Assembly (NCBI GenBank): GCA_947572415.1
Contig: CANPBT010000004.1
Span: 220-64,219, forward strand
Origin: an uncultured Clostridia bacterium
GTDB taxonomy: Bacteria; Bacillota; Clostridia; Christensenellales; Borkfalkiaceae
Reading direction: 5' to 3'
Length of the DNA stretch: 64,000 bases
The translations under genes were made by a program, and so were the position numbers. Shown piece by piece: positions 17,828-28,115 of this stretch (the first letter of the stretch is position 1; each line of letters opens with the position of its first letter). Under the pieces are notes generated by a model. The model searched no databases, had not been told where the DNA came from, and worked only from the letters and a program-made list of their open reading frames with translations.

Positions 17828-19165
17828 TTATTCGGCTTTTTTCGCCGCTTTTTTAGCGGGCTTCGCTTCCTCGACGAAAAGCTCGTTGTTGGCTTTGAGG
17901 AAGTCGAACAATTTCGTTATTATTATATCGTTGCTGATATACTCAACCTGTCTGGGGTCGATTGTCTTTTTATACTCTTCAAGCGTCTTGCCTACAGATT
18001 TGGCTTGCTCCTCGATTTTCGCGTCAAGCTCGCCGTCCTCGACCTTGAAGCCCTCAGTCTTTACAAGCTTGTCGATTACAAGCTGGCTCATAACCCTCGG
18101 CTGCGCCTGGGCCTTGAACTGCGCGCGGAAGTCCTCCATCGAAAGCTGCATATATTTGAGATAATCGTCGAGCTTAAGCCCCTGATACATAAGGCGATAG
18201 CTGAAATCCTGAACCATTCTGTCGATTTCGTTCTCTATCATAGCGTCGGGGATTTCAGCCGTTGCGTGCTTGCATATTTCTGTTATTATGCTGTTTTCCG
18301 TTTCGTCGCGGCCCTTGTTCGCGGCGTTTCTTTCAAGGCGTTCACGCGTTTTCTTTCTGTATTCTTCAACCGTTTCCACGCCCGCGCGGCCTTTGACGAA
18401 CTCGTCGGTGAGCTCGGGATACTGCTTTTCGGTAATCTTATGCAGCTTGATATTGAAAACCGCTTGCTTGCCGCGAAGATTATCCGCCTGATAATCTTCG
18501 GGGAATTTTACGGTAATATCCTTGCTTTCGCCTATCTTCATACCGACCACGCCGTCCTCGAAGCCGGGTATGAACGAGCCGCTGCCCAAAACGAGGTCGT
18601 ACTCCTCAGCGGTGCCGCCGGGGAATTTCTCTCCGTCGACGCTGCCCGAGAAATCGATATTCACGGTGTCGCCGTTTTTACATGCTCTGTCGGTAACTTC
18701 GGCGTTGGTTGCGGCGCTTTCGAGGATTTTTTTCATTTCCGTTTCCACTTCGGCATCGGATACATTATACTCAAACTTTCTGATTTTTAAACCTTTGTAA
18801 GTTTCGATTTTTACTTCGGGCTTTACGGGCACGATTGCCGTAAGGGTAACGCCGTTGCCCTCGGTCATATCCTCGACGTCGAGCGAAGGTTCGCCGACGG
18901 CGGTAAAATTAGCTTTTTCCTTTTCGAGAATTACGGGATAGTGCTCGGAATAAAGGAAGTTAAAAGCTTCCTCGAACAAAACGCCTTTGCCGTAATAATT
19001 TTCGAGGACGGGCTTGGGGACCTTACCCTTTCTGAATCCGGGGACGGAGTATTTGCCCCTTACTTTAAGGTATGATTTGTTGAGCGCATCCTTCCACTCT
19101 TCTTCCGTAAACCCGATAGTAAGTTTAACCGTGCTTTTTTCACCGACTGCCTGTGTATACTTCAT
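17828..19165 (-). CDS. tig: Trigger factor
   Basis: 445 aa. N-terminal ribosome-binding GFRKGKVP motif and a central FKBP-type domain. Lies upstream of clpP-clpX. Confidence 0.95.
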   Translation of the reverse strand: MKYTQAVGEKSTVKLTIGFTEEEWKDALNKSYLKVRGKYSVPGFRKGKVPKPVLENYYGKGVLFEEAFNFLYSEHYPVILEKEKANFTAVGEPSLDVEDMTEGNGVTLTAIVPVKPEVKIETYKGLKIRKFEYNVSDAEVETEMKKILESAATNAEVTDRACKNGDTVNIDFSGSVDGEKFPGGTAEEYDLVLGSGSFIPGFEDGVVGMKIGESKDITVKFPEDYQADNLRGKQAVFNIKLHKITEKQYPELTDEFVKGRAGVETVEEYRKKTRERLERNAANKGRDETENSIITEICKHATAEIPDAMIENEIDRMVQDFSYRLMYQGLKLDDYLKYMQLSMEDFRAQFKAQAQPRVMSQLVIDKLVKTEGFKVEDGELDAKIEEQAKSVGKTLEEYKKTIDPRQVEYISNDIIITKLFDFLKANNELFVEEAKPAKKAAKKAE

Positions 19166-19279
19166 TTTAATCTCCTGAATGTAATATTTAATTTATATGG
19201 TAAACATTTTAACATAATTAATCAATTTTGAAAAGCGTTTTGCGTTTACTTTTACTAAATTTTACATTATAATATAGTT

Positions 19280-20941
19280 ATGCCACAAGACGCTTTTACA
19301 ATAAAATATATCGCTGAGGAGCTTAAAAACAAGCTTCTTGGCGGAAAAATATCAAGAATAATCCAGCCGGCCCGCGACGAGCTTACGTTTATTATATACA
19401 CCGGAAAAAGCAATATTAAACTCGAAGCTTGCCTGTCTGCGCAATCTTCGAGGCTGAGCCTTACGGAAACGGACAAGCCCGTGCCGTTAACCGCGCCGAA
19501 TTTTTGTATGCTTTTGAGGAAACACCTGCAAAACGCGGAAATCTGCGACGTCGTCCAACCCGACTTCGAAAGAATAATTTACTTCGATTTGAAATGCGTT
19601 TCGGACTTCTCGTCCTCCGTTATGCGCCTGTACTTTGAAATAATGGGCAAGTACTCGAATGCCGTGCTCACCGAAAACGGAATAATTGTCGGCGCGCTTA
19701 AAACCACTTCGCTCGGCGAAAACACAAAACGCGTGCTTTTCGGCGGCATAAAATATGCGCCGCCCGAACCGCAGGATAAAATCCCGCCCGAAAATCTTAA
19801 AGAACTTGAAAACGCACTCGGTTACCGCGCGGGCGATACGGCGCGGTTTATCTGCGACAGGGTTAAAGGCATTGCGTATGCCACCGCTCTCGATATGGCG
19901 AGCCGCTACGGCGAAAACATCACTGCGGAAAACATTCACGATTACGTCTATTCATTGCCCACCGAGCCTTGCGTAACTTTTGAGGGCGGACAGCCCGTCG
20001 ATTTCAAAGTGCGCGCCATAACGGGCGAGAAAAAGCTCTACCCCGACGTGCTGTCGGCGCAGAGCGCGTATTACGCATACGTAACGGAAAAACGCGCGTT
20101 CGGCGCAAAGAAAACCAAACTTGAAAACGCGCTCGGCGGAGCGATAAAAAAAGCCGAAAAACGGCTTGCCGCGATTAACGAAAAGCTCGAAGAATGCCGC
20201 GACGCGGAAACGGTTAAACTCAAGGGCGAACTGATAACCGCAAACATTTATGCACTGCAACGGGGTATGTCGGGGTTTAAAGCGGTAAACTACTACGACC
20301 CCGACGGCGGTGAAATAAAAATCGGGCTCGACGCAACCTTGTCCCCCTCCCAGAACGCGCAAAAATATTACAAAAAATACGCGAAGCTGAAGCGTACGCA
20401 GACAAGCGTCGGCGAGCAGAAAGAAGAAATTCTGCAAAAGCTCGGCTATTACGAAAGCATTGCTTCGCATATAAAATCCGCGGAAAGCCCGGCCGACTTA
20501 GACGAAACCGAGGAAGAGCTTGCAGTGCTCGGACTTATAGCCGCGCCCGCCGCAAAAAAGAAAAAGACGGAAACGCCTTACCGCGTATTCGACGTGCTCG
20601 GGTTTAAGGTTATTGCCGGACGCAACAATATCCAGAATGAAAGGCTGACAAAGAGCCTTGCGCCCGACGACGTATGGCTGCACACGCAGAAGTACCACTC
20701 CTCCCACGTCGCGATTATAACGGATGGCAAAAGCGTGCCGGAAGAAGTTATAAAAATCGCGGCGGAAATTTGCGCCTATTACTCGGAGGGGCGCGACGGA
20801 AGCAAAATCCCCGTGGATTACACAAAAAAGAAATTTGTAAAAAAACCGCCCAAATCGAACACCGGCTTCGTAATTTACACCGACTATAAGACGGCGCTTG
20901 CGACACCGGACGGGCACTTCGGAGAAAAAAATGAACGATAA
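19280..20941 (+). CDS. rqcH: NFACT-family ribosome quality-control protein (RqcH; fibronectin-binding protein A-like)
   Basis: 553 aa. The NFACT-N start (FTIKYIAEELKNKLLGGKISRIIQP..DEL), a coiled-coil middle and an NFACT-R-like C-terminus are present. Confidence 0.85.
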   Translation: MPQDAFTIKYIAEELKNKLLGGKISRIIQPARDELTFIIYTGKSNIKLEACLSAQSSRLSLTETDKPVPLTAPNFCMLLRKHLQNAEICDVVQPDFERIIYFDLKCVSDFSSSVMRLYFEIMGKYSNAVLTENGIIVGALKTTSLGENTKRVLFGGIKYAPPEPQDKIPPENLKELENALGYRAGDTARFICDRVKGIAYATALDMASRYGENITAENIHDYVYSLPTEPCVTFEGGQPVDFKVRAITGEKKLYPDVLSAQSAYYAYVTEKRAFGAKKTKLENALGGAIKKAEKRLAAINEKLEECRDAETVKLKGELITANIYALQRGMSGFKAVNYYDPDGGEIKIGLDATLSPSQNAQKYYKKYAKLKRTQTSVGEQKEEILQKLGYYESIASHIKSAESPADLDETEEELAVLGLIAAPAAKKKKTETPYRVFDVLGFKVIAGRNNIQNERLTKSLAPDDVWLHTQKYHSSHVAIITDGKSVPEEVIKIAAEICAYYSEGRDGSKIPVDYTKKKFVKKPPKSNTGFVIYTDYKTALATPDGHFGEKNER

Positions 20942-21245
20942 TAAACAACTTAAAGACGAAGAACGTAAAACCGACGAGGAATATACCGGAAAAACTTACG
21001 CATATATCGGGCTGGGGCTTATGGCGGGCGCCGCGCTGTTTTTCGGGCTGTCCTTCACCGTTATGGGAATTTACTCCCTCATAGCCTCGATACTTCTTAG
21101 CCTCGCCTCGATTACGTTTATAAACTTACAGAAAAAGAAATACGACTTCAAATGGCTTATTTATATCAAAATTGTCGCGTATATAATTTTTGCCGTGATA
21201 TTTCTGTTCTTTGCCGGCGGAATACTCTGGTCGGGTGCGGAATAA
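20931..21245 (+). CDS. Small membrane protein (3 predicted TM helices)
   Basis: The ATG at 20931 is preceded by GGAGAAAAAA and overlaps the rqcH stop. The track's earlier start at 20898 lacks an RBS. Confidence 0.55.
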   Translation: MNDNKQLKDEERKTDEEYTGKTYAYIGLGLMAGAALFFGLSFTVMGIYSLIASILLSLASITFINLQKKKYDFKWLIYIKIVAYIIFAVIFLFFAGGILWSGAE

Positions 21246-21307
21246 TAACGCAAAATTTTAAATTAAGAGGTATAAAAATTTAAAAAGTCTGCCATTATTT
21301 AAATATA

Positions 21308-21667
21308 ATGGACAGAATTTGCAGTGCGGTTTTCGATAAAATACGTGAACTCAGCCCTATGGGCAGATACGTTATCGTGGCCGAAGAAGAATTTTACGAC
21401 GGATTCCCCGAGGACGGGGAAAGAAGCTACAAGGAGCTTGACAGGGCGCTCTCGGTACTTAAAAACGGCGGATTTATCGACGTAAAATATTCCCGCGGGG
21501 ATATGTACTGCGTGGCGCCGCTCAAAGATTATGTGGACGAAATTATAACGCCCGCCCCCGCCGCAAAGCCCGCGGCGCGGAAAATGGATATGACGTTTAT
21601 TTCCGCATTTGCGGGAAGCGCGTTGGGCAGCCTTATAATTTCGCTCATATTCGCGTTAGTGGTATAA
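21308..21667 (+). CDS. 119-aa winged-helix-like protein with a C-terminal TM anchor
   Basis: Soluble ~85-aa domain (..LSVLKNGGFIDVKYS..) plus a terminal hydrophobic helix. First of two tandem genes with the same architecture. Confidence 0.55.
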   Translation: MDRICSAVFDKIRELSPMGRYVIVAEEEFYDGFPEDGERSYKELDRALSVLKNGGFIDVKYSRGDMYCVAPLKDYVDEIITPAPAAKPAARKMDMTFISAFAGSALGSLIISLIFALVV

Positions 21668-22026
21668 TGCTTTCCAAATACGAAAACGAAGTTATGGCGG
21701 CGGTTTACATCCTTTGCGACGGGCTGGACAGCTGTCTTATTTCACCTCTGGAAATTCTGTCAGTTCTACCGGAAAAAAGAAAGTACAGCCTTGAAAAAGT
21801 CGACGGGATACTACACGACCTGATGTGCGACGGATACTTCGATTTAATTACATCTGAAAGAAAAGGCGAAAAAATGTACGTTATAAACCTTAAAGCCAAC
21901 GGGCTTGCGTACAAGCGCAACGCAAAACAGAAGCAACGCGACATCGCGTTCAGGATAGTGCTGGCATTTATAGGGGCTATCGCCACTTTCATTTTCGGGC
22001 TTATAATAAAAAGTATATTCGGTTAA
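21667..22026 (+). CDS. 119-aa winged-helix-like protein with a C-terminal TM anchor (paralog-like)
   Basis: The start overlaps the previous stop (TAATG). Same length and layout as its neighbour (..LHDLMCDGYFDLITS.. plus a terminal helix). Confidence 0.55.
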   Translation: MLSKYENEVMAAVYILCDGLDSCLISPLEILSVLPEKRKYSLEKVDGILHDLMCDGYFDLITSERKGEKMYVINLKANGLAYKRNAKQKQRDIAFRIVLAFIGAIATFIFGLIIKSIFG

Positions 22027-22113
22027 AAAGCTGCCTTTTAAGACGGCTTTTTGTTTGCTTTTTCCTCCGTCTTTTGCTAAAATAAATTATGTAAACCCTT
22101 AAAGAGGAAATTT

Positions 22114-23559
22114 ATGAAACACAAAAAACTGATTATTTCGCTTACGGCGGTACTTTCCGTATTATTGTTTCTGGCGACCTTTGTATTCGTTTGGTACGTA
22201 TGCGACTATTACCCCGATTTCAAAGAATTCAGAAAAGAATTCGAAATACCCGGGCTCGACGAGGGCGCGGTTCCGCAGGGAATGGGCACCACCAACGTCA
22301 AATACGAAGTAAAGCAAGAGGACGGCACCTCCAAATCCGAAAACAGACAGTTCTTTTTCGTCAGCGCTTATATGACCGACGGCTCCCCCTCCCGCATCTA
22401 TGTTATAGGCGAAAAGAAGAGCGACGAGCAAACTTCCGCTTACGCGGGATATATCGGCTACGTCACTATGAAGCTCAAAAACGCCGATGGCAATTACGTT
22501 GATTTTTACGGGCATTGCGGCGGCGTTGCGCTCAACGAAAACACGCTTTGGGTTGCGAGCGACAGAACGGTTTACGTAGCAAAGGCGAGCGAGGAATACA
22601 AATCCAAAAACATTTCCCGCGAGATACTCGAAAAGGCGATAATAAGCCGCAACCCCGTCGTAAACAACGAGGACGGCACGACCGAAACCAAGGATTTCAG
22701 CATAAGCTTTACCGCCTCGTTCGACGCGAACTGCAACGCTTCGTTTTTATATCTCTACGACGACTCGCGTTATACCTCCACTACTTACGACAGGTTGTAC
22801 GTGGGCGAGTTTTACCGCAAGGGCAATTACGAAACCGACTTATCGCACAGACTCGTTACCCCCAACGGACACAAGAATAACGCGTTTATGTACGAATACA
22901 ACATAAGTACGAGTTCGGATAATAAATACGGACTGATTACGCTCGACGACAAAGGTCTGGACGATGACAACAAGGTACCCGAAATAAAGAAAATCTTCTC
23001 TCTGCCCGAAAAAATTCAGGGCGCGGCTTTCTCCGGAAGAGAGGGCTACGGCACCAACGACGGCATGATTGTGCTTTCTCAAAGCTACGGACTTTCGAAC
23101 TCTCGGTTGCTGTGCTTCGACTGGAAGAAAGTAAACGAATCGGCAAACGGCGTACTCTACTCGAAGCTGAGCGTTGACGGAAAAGGTTTAGGCAAAGTAG
23201 CCACCGAGGGCAACAAGGACGAAGAAGGCATAAAGGACGAGGATATCAAGGACAACGAAAGGCCGAGAGGCAGTTTCGTTTACAATAACGTATATAAAAC
23301 GGTCGGCGGACAAAAAATGCCGTTCACCGACAGCGCGCTGCGCGTTTACTACGTCGATATCAACAACGAAGATATGTTCGTAAGCGACTACTCCGTTCCT
23401 TCGATGTCTGAAGGACTGTGCGTAATTACCCGCCCCGGAGCAAACCCTGCGCCTAAAATGCGCGTTTACGTGCTTTTCGAGTCGGCGAGCAAAAAATACA
23501 ACAAATTCGTGCGCGAACGCCTGCACAACGTGTACAGCTTTATCCCGCACGTGAAATAA
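22114..23559 (+). CDS. Membrane-anchored extracytoplasmic protein of unknown function
   Basis: 481 aa with an N-terminal TM helix. RBS AGAGGAAA precedes the ATG. No motif recognised. Confidence 0.6.
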   Translation: MKHKKLIISLTAVLSVLLFLATFVFVWYVCDYYPDFKEFRKEFEIPGLDEGAVPQGMGTTNVKYEVKQEDGTSKSENRQFFFVSAYMTDGSPSRIYVIGEKKSDEQTSAYAGYIGYVTMKLKNADGNYVDFYGHCGGVALNENTLWVASDRTVYVAKASEEYKSKNISREILEKAIISRNPVVNNEDGTTETKDFSISFTASFDANCNASFLYLYDDSRYTSTTYDRLYVGEFYRKGNYETDLSHRLVTPNGHKNNAFMYEYNISTSSDNKYGLITLDDKGLDDDNKVPEIKKIFSLPEKIQGAAFSGREGYGTNDGMIVLSQSYGLSNSRLLCFDWKKVNESANGVLYSKLSVDGKGLGKVATEGNKDEEGIKDEDIKDNERPRGSFVYNNVYKTVGGQKMPFTDSALRVYYVDINNEDMFVSDYSVPSMSEGLCVITRPGANPAPKMRVYVLFESASKKYNKFVRERLHNVYSFIPHVK

Positions 23560-23575
23560 ATAAACTCAAAAAAAC

Positions 23576-23602
23576 AACCTCCCCGCCGACGGCGGGGAGG
23601 TT
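23576..23602. terminator. Bidirectional terminator between convergent genes
   Basis: AACCTCCCCGCC - GAC - GGCGGGGAGGTT (12-bp stem), with an A-run on the left and a T-rich stretch on the right. Confidence 0.8.
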
Positions 23603-23616
23603 AATTTATTATACGC

Positions 23617-24984
23617 TTATTTTATGAACGCAAGGCAAGCTTTGTATAGGCTGTACACGTCCGCTTTTGAAATGAGTTCGTAAGGGGCGTGCATAGAAAG
23701 CACGGGCACGCCTACGTCAACCGTGTCAATACCGAGATTGCCTATGAATTTTGCGACCGTGCCGCCGCCGCCCGCGTCAACCGCGCCGAGCTCGCCAGTC
23801 TGCCAGATAACGCCGTTCTCTTCGAATATATCGCGAAGGTAGCCCATAAACTCCGCGGGGGCGTCGTTTGTGCCCGACTTACCGCGCGCGCCGGTGTACT
23901 TGGAAACCGCCGCTCCGCAGGACACGAAAGTCGTGTTGCGTTTTTCGAAAACCGAGCTATAAGCGGGGTCGAAGCCGGCAGTTACGTCCGCGGAAATACA
24001 TTTCGAGTTATACCTGACCTCAATGGGATTAGCGCCAAACGACGCGGCAATCGTTTCTATTACGTCGGAAATAACCTTGCTTTGCATACCCGTCGTGCCG
24101 TCGCTGCCCACTTCCTCCTTGTCGGCAAACACCGCAAGCACGGTATGGGGAGAATCGTAGTCGAAAACAGCTTTCATTTCGGGGTAAGCGCACACTTTGT
24201 CGTCATGCCCGTAAGCCGAAATCAGCGCGCCGTCAAAGCCCACGTCGCGGGCTTTGCCCGCCGGCACGAAGCACAGCTCCGAACACTGGAAATCTATTTC
24301 GGTAATACCGTACTTCTTGTTTAAAAGCTTTAATACGGCCGCTTTTACGCACTCCTTTTCCTCTTCGTCGTCAACTGCGGGAAGTCCGCCGATAACCGCG
24401 TTTAAGCTTTCGCCGTCTATGGCCTTGCCCAAAGTTTTCTGGCTCTGTTCGCCGCCCAAATGCGGTAAAAGGTCGGTTACGTAGAATATGGGGTCGTTTT
24501 CGTCCTCGCCGACGCAGACTTCTCGCTTTTCTCCGCCGCGAAGCATAACCACGCCGTGCAGCGCCAAAGGCAGCGCCGTCCACTGATATTTTTTAATACC
24601 GCCGTAATAGTGCGTTTTGAAATAGCAAAGCCCGGCTTCCTCGTACATGGGGTTGGGTTTTAAATCCAGTCTGGGCGAATCTACGTGGGCGACCATTATA
24701 CGCACGCCGTCCTTTGCAACGTCCTCTTTGCCTACGCTTATAAGAAAGATATTTTTGCCTCTGTTAAGGAAGTAACGCTTGTCGCCCGCCTTTAATTTTT
24801 CCGAAAAACTGAAAGGCTTGAAGCCCTTTTCTTCGGCAAGCTTTTTAGCCGTTTCGGAAGCGTCGCGTTCGGTTTTTGAAGTATCCAAAAACTTTTTGTA
24901 GCCTTCGGCAAAATCATAAATTTGTTTAAGCTCATTTCCGTCCGCTTCTTTGTAGACGTTTTTACGCTTATATTTTAAATCCAT
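23617..24984 (-). CDS. M18-family aminopeptidase
   Basis: VAHVDSPRLDLKPNP and the later metal-ligand regions are typical of M18 peptidases. The true start is likely the ATG at 24984 (MDLKYKRKN), which has AAGGAG 7 nt upstream. The track's longer start at 25104 is AT-rich and has no RBS. Confidence 0.8.
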   Translation of the reverse strand: MDLKYKRKNVYKEADGNELKQIYDFAEGYKKFLDTSKTERDASETAKKLAEEKGFKPFSFSEKLKAGDKRYFLNRGKNIFLISVGKEDVAKDGVRIMVAHVDSPRLDLKPNPMYEEAGLCYFKTHYYGGIKKYQWTALPLALHGVVMLRGGEKREVCVGEDENDPIFYVTDLLPHLGGEQSQKTLGKAIDGESLNAVIGGLPAVDDEEEKECVKAAVLKLLNKKYGITEIDFQCSELCFVPAGKARDVGFDGALISAYGHDDKVCAYPEMKAVFDYDSPHTVLAVFADKEEVGSDGTTGMQSKVISDVIETIAASFGANPIEVRYNSKCISADVTAGFDPAYSSVFEKRNTTFVSCGAAVSKYTGARGKSGTNDAPAEFMGYLRDIFEENGVIWQTGELGAVDAGGGGTVAKFIGNLGIDTVDVGVPVLSMHAPYELISKADVYSLYKACLAFIK

Positions 24985-25164
24985 AGTCAAACTCCTTGTA
25001 AAATTATCTTTATTACGATTATAGTATTTTGCCGTAAATTTGTCAAGTACAGTTAAGTTATTAATAAAAATAACAACTTTTTTTAAATTTATATCGATAA
25101 ACAATTTACTATTTATTTAATAATTTGGTATAATAAAAAGGCTGGAATGGGAAGGTAATTCGAT

Positions 25165-25707
25165 TTGAAAAATAAAAGTGCGGTTACGGCAAAAAAAATT
25201 GCAACGCTTTCCGTTTTTACGGCTTTGAGCCTGATAATGTTCATAATAGAAAACCAGTTTCCGCCTATGTTTATCCCCGGCGCTAGAATGGGACTTGCGA
25301 ACATTTTTTCTTTCGCGGCGCTCGTTATATATTCGCCCGTGGAAGCTTTCGTCATAGTCGCGGCGAGGACGGCGCTGGGCGCGGTTTTTGCAGGAAACGT
25401 ATCCGCGCTTTTATATAGCTTTACGGGCGGAGTTGTTTCTATGGCGATTTCGTCGATACTTATGTACACGATATACCCTAAAATTTCGGTAATGTCGGTA
25501 AGTATTGTTGCGGCGGTTTCGCACAATGTCACGCAGAACGTCGTTTTCGTAATCATTTCCGGCACGGCGCTCACTTTCGGTTATATGCCCTACCTCATGC
25601 TTCTCGGTATTCTTTCGGGAGGAATCGTAGGCGCGATAATAATGCTCGTTTTCAAAAAAGTACCCAAAACGGTATTCGAAAAGGCAATAGGTAAAAGATA
25701 TCCTTAA
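25165..25707 (+). CDS. Gx-transporter family membrane protein (heptaprenyl diphosphate synthase component I-like)
   Basis: 180 aa, 5-6 TM helices, TTG start with GGGAAGG upstream. The family usually pairs with NusG-II proteins, and one is encoded at 31687-32154. Confidence 0.6.
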   Translation: MKNKSAVTAKKIATLSVFTALSLIMFIIENQFPPMFIPGARMGLANIFSFAALVIYSPVEAFVIVAARTALGAVFAGNVSALLYSFTGGVVSMAISSILMYTIYPKISVMSVSIVAAVSHNVTQNVVFVIISGTALTFGYMPYLMLLGILSGGIVGAIIMLVFKKVPKTVFEKAIGKRYP

Positions 25708-25756
25708 ACGGATATTTTACAAATAAACTCATAAAAAATTTATAAGGAGAACAGTT

Positions 25757-27052
25757 GTGAAAGCAGTTAAAGGAAAATACTACTTCGGCGGCGTGCACCC
25801 GCACGACATGAAAGCGATTTCAAGCTCTGCCGCCCTTGAAGTATTCCCCACGCCGGACGTCGTGGCGATTTCGACCCTGCAATCGCTCGGCAAACCCGCC
25901 GTCCCCGCGGTGGAAGCCGGTAAGAGCGTTAAACAGGGCGAAGTTATCGCAAAAGCCGACGGCATGATTTCTTCCGATGTTTTCGCAAGCGTCAGCGGCA
26001 CGGTCAAAGAAATCAAGACAATGCCCGGCGCGAGCGGCACGGACGAAACGTTTATCGTAATAGAGTCCGACGGGAAAAACGAAACAAGCTTTATGCCTCC
26101 GCTTGCCGACCCTTCGGCAGAGGATATAAAGCAGAGAATCAGAGACGCGGGTATCGTAGGTCTCGGCGGTGCGGGCTTCCCCACCGCGGTTAAGGTTGCA
26201 CCCAGAACGCCCGTCGACGCGTTGATAATCAACGGCGCCGAGTGCGAACCCTATCTTACGTGCGACCACCGCCTTATGCTTGAAAAGGCGGACGGCATTG
26301 CGCAGGGCGCTAGATATATCGCAAAGGCGCTTGGCGTAAGCAAAATTATTATAGGCATAGAGGCGAACAAGCCCGACTGCATTAAAGAATTTGAAAAATA
26401 CGACGACATTCAGCCGGTAATCCTTAAAAAACAGTATCCTATGGGCGGCGAAAAGCAGCTTATATACGTAACCACCGGAAGAAAGGTCGGCGTAGGCAAA
26501 CTGCCCGCAGACGTAGGCGTCGTAGTTCAGAACGTGGCGACCTGCTTTGCGGTTTACGAGGCGGTTGAACTCGGCAAGCCCCTCTTCGAAAGAGCGATAA
26601 CGATATCGGGCAAGGCGGTTAAAGAGCCCAAAAACCTCTGGGTTAAAGTGGGCACTCCCGTCGCTTCGCTTATCGAATTCTGCGGAGGCGAGAGCGTTAC
26701 GCCCAAGAAAGCGGTTTTGGGCGGACCTATGACGGGCGTTGCTGTTGCGAATTACGACAGCTATACGCATAAGACGACCTCGGGCGTGCTTTTGATGACA
26801 GCCGAAGAAGCTGCCGACGAAGAGCCTACACCCTGCCTGCAATGCGGCAAATGCGCGGACGTATGCCCTATGCACCTTATGCCCATGAACACGGCGTTTT
26901 ACTCCGCAGCCGGCGATTTCGACGCGGCGGCAAAGTACGGCAATGTTCAGGCATGCATAGAGTGCGGCGCGTGCGAGTATATCTGCCCCGCGAGGCGTCC
27001 CCTTATTCAGGCTATAAGAAAGACGAAGGCTTACCTTCGCAATAAGAAATAG
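25757..27052 (+). CDS. rnfC: Rnf complex subunit C
   Basis: 431 aa, GTG start. GLGGAGFPT NADH/FMN-site motif and two C-x2-C-x2-C-x3-CP ferredoxin motifs at the C-terminus. Confidence 0.9.
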   Translation: MKAVKGKYYFGGVHPHDMKAISSSAALEVFPTPDVVAISTLQSLGKPAVPAVEAGKSVKQGEVIAKADGMISSDVFASVSGTVKEIKTMPGASGTDETFIVIESDGKNETSFMPPLADPSAEDIKQRIRDAGIVGLGGAGFPTAVKVAPRTPVDALIINGAECEPYLTCDHRLMLEKADGIAQGARYIAKALGVSKIIIGIEANKPDCIKEFEKYDDIQPVILKKQYPMGGEKQLIYVTTGRKVGVGKLPADVGVVVQNVATCFAVYEAVELGKPLFERAITISGKAVKEPKNLWVKVGTPVASLIEFCGGESVTPKKAVLGGPMTGVAVANYDSYTHKTTSGVLLMTAEEAADEEPTPCLQCGKCADVCPMHLMPMNTAFYSAAGDFDAAAKYGNVQACIECGACEYICPARRPLIQAIRKTKAYLRNKK

Positions 27053-27064
27053 GAGAGCAAAGAA

Positions 27065-28114
27065 ATGGACAATACTATAGTAGTTTCTACACCTCCCCAC
27101 GTCAAATCCAAACGCACCACGCGCGGAATAATGCTGGACGTGCTTATCGCACTTTTGCCCTGCGCTATTGCCGGCATCGTATTTTTCGGCTGGCGGGCGC
27201 TCGTAATCGAGCTGGTTGCCGTCGTTACATGCGTTGCGACCGAATTCGTATACTTTTTTATCCTTAACAAGGGTTTTTCAAACAAGTGTGCGGACGCAAA
27301 AAAGGTCTGTTTGAGATGGGTGAAACAATTTGATTTAACTTCGGTTATCACGGGCCTTATCCTTGCGCTTATACTCTCTTCCGATGTTAAATGGTATGAA
27401 GTGATTATAGGCAGCATATTTGCGATAGCGGTCGTTAAAATGCTTTTCGGCGGCACGGGCAAAAACCTTGTCAATCCCGCTGCGGCGGCTCGTGTATTTA
27501 TGTTTTTAAGCTTTTCGGCGACTATGATAAAATACGGACTGCCCGCGTTCGATGCGATTTCGTCCGACAGCGGCACACTCGCCACTGGCGCAACCAACCT
27601 TTCGGTACTCCTCGGCAAGGACCCTGCGAGCAAAATTAACGCACTTGACCTATTCCTCGGTTCGGGCGTTGCCGGTTGCATAGGCGAAACTTGCAAAGTT
27701 GCAATCCTCGTCGGATACGTATATCTTTGCGTAAGGCAGGTTATCAAGTGGTGGCAGCCACTGCTGTTTATCGCAGTTTTCGGTTTTTCGGCGGTATTCA
27801 TGTCCGGATTTGCGTTTGACAGTTATAAGTTTGACATGACGCTTTTCCTGCCCCACATCTTATCGGGCGGCGTGTTGTTCGGCGCGGTATTTATGTTTAC
27901 CGACTACTCCACCTCCCCCAAAGGAATTTACGGCCAGCTTTTCTATTATATAGTCGCCGCGTTGCTCGTTGCAATTTTAAGGTATCTCACAAAGATAGAA
28001 GTAACTTCTTTCGTAATAATTCTTATCAACTTATTCGTTCCCCTTATCGATAAATACTTTATAAGAAGGCCTTTCGGCTATAAAAAAGAAAAGAAAGTTA
28101 AGGAGGTAAAATAA
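27065..28114 (+). CDS. rnfD: Rnf complex subunit D
   Basis: 349-aa polytopic protein with the NqrB/RnfD flavinylation motif context ..LATGATNLS. Confidence 0.9.
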   Translation: MDNTIVVSTPPHVKSKRTTRGIMLDVLIALLPCAIAGIVFFGWRALVIELVAVVTCVATEFVYFFILNKGFSNKCADAKKVCLRWVKQFDLTSVITGLILALILSSDVKWYEVIIGSIFAIAVVKMLFGGTGKNLVNPAAAARVFMFLSFSATMIKYGLPAFDAISSDSGTLATGATNLSVLLGKDPASKINALDLFLGSGVAGCIGETCKVAILVGYVYLCVRQVIKWWQPLLFIAVFGFSAVFMSGFAFDSYKFDMTLFLPHILSGGVLFGAVFMFTDYSTSPKGIYGQLFYYIVAALLVAILRYLTKIEVTSFVIILINLFVPLIDKYFIRRPFGYKKEKKVKEVK

Positions 28115-28115
28115 T

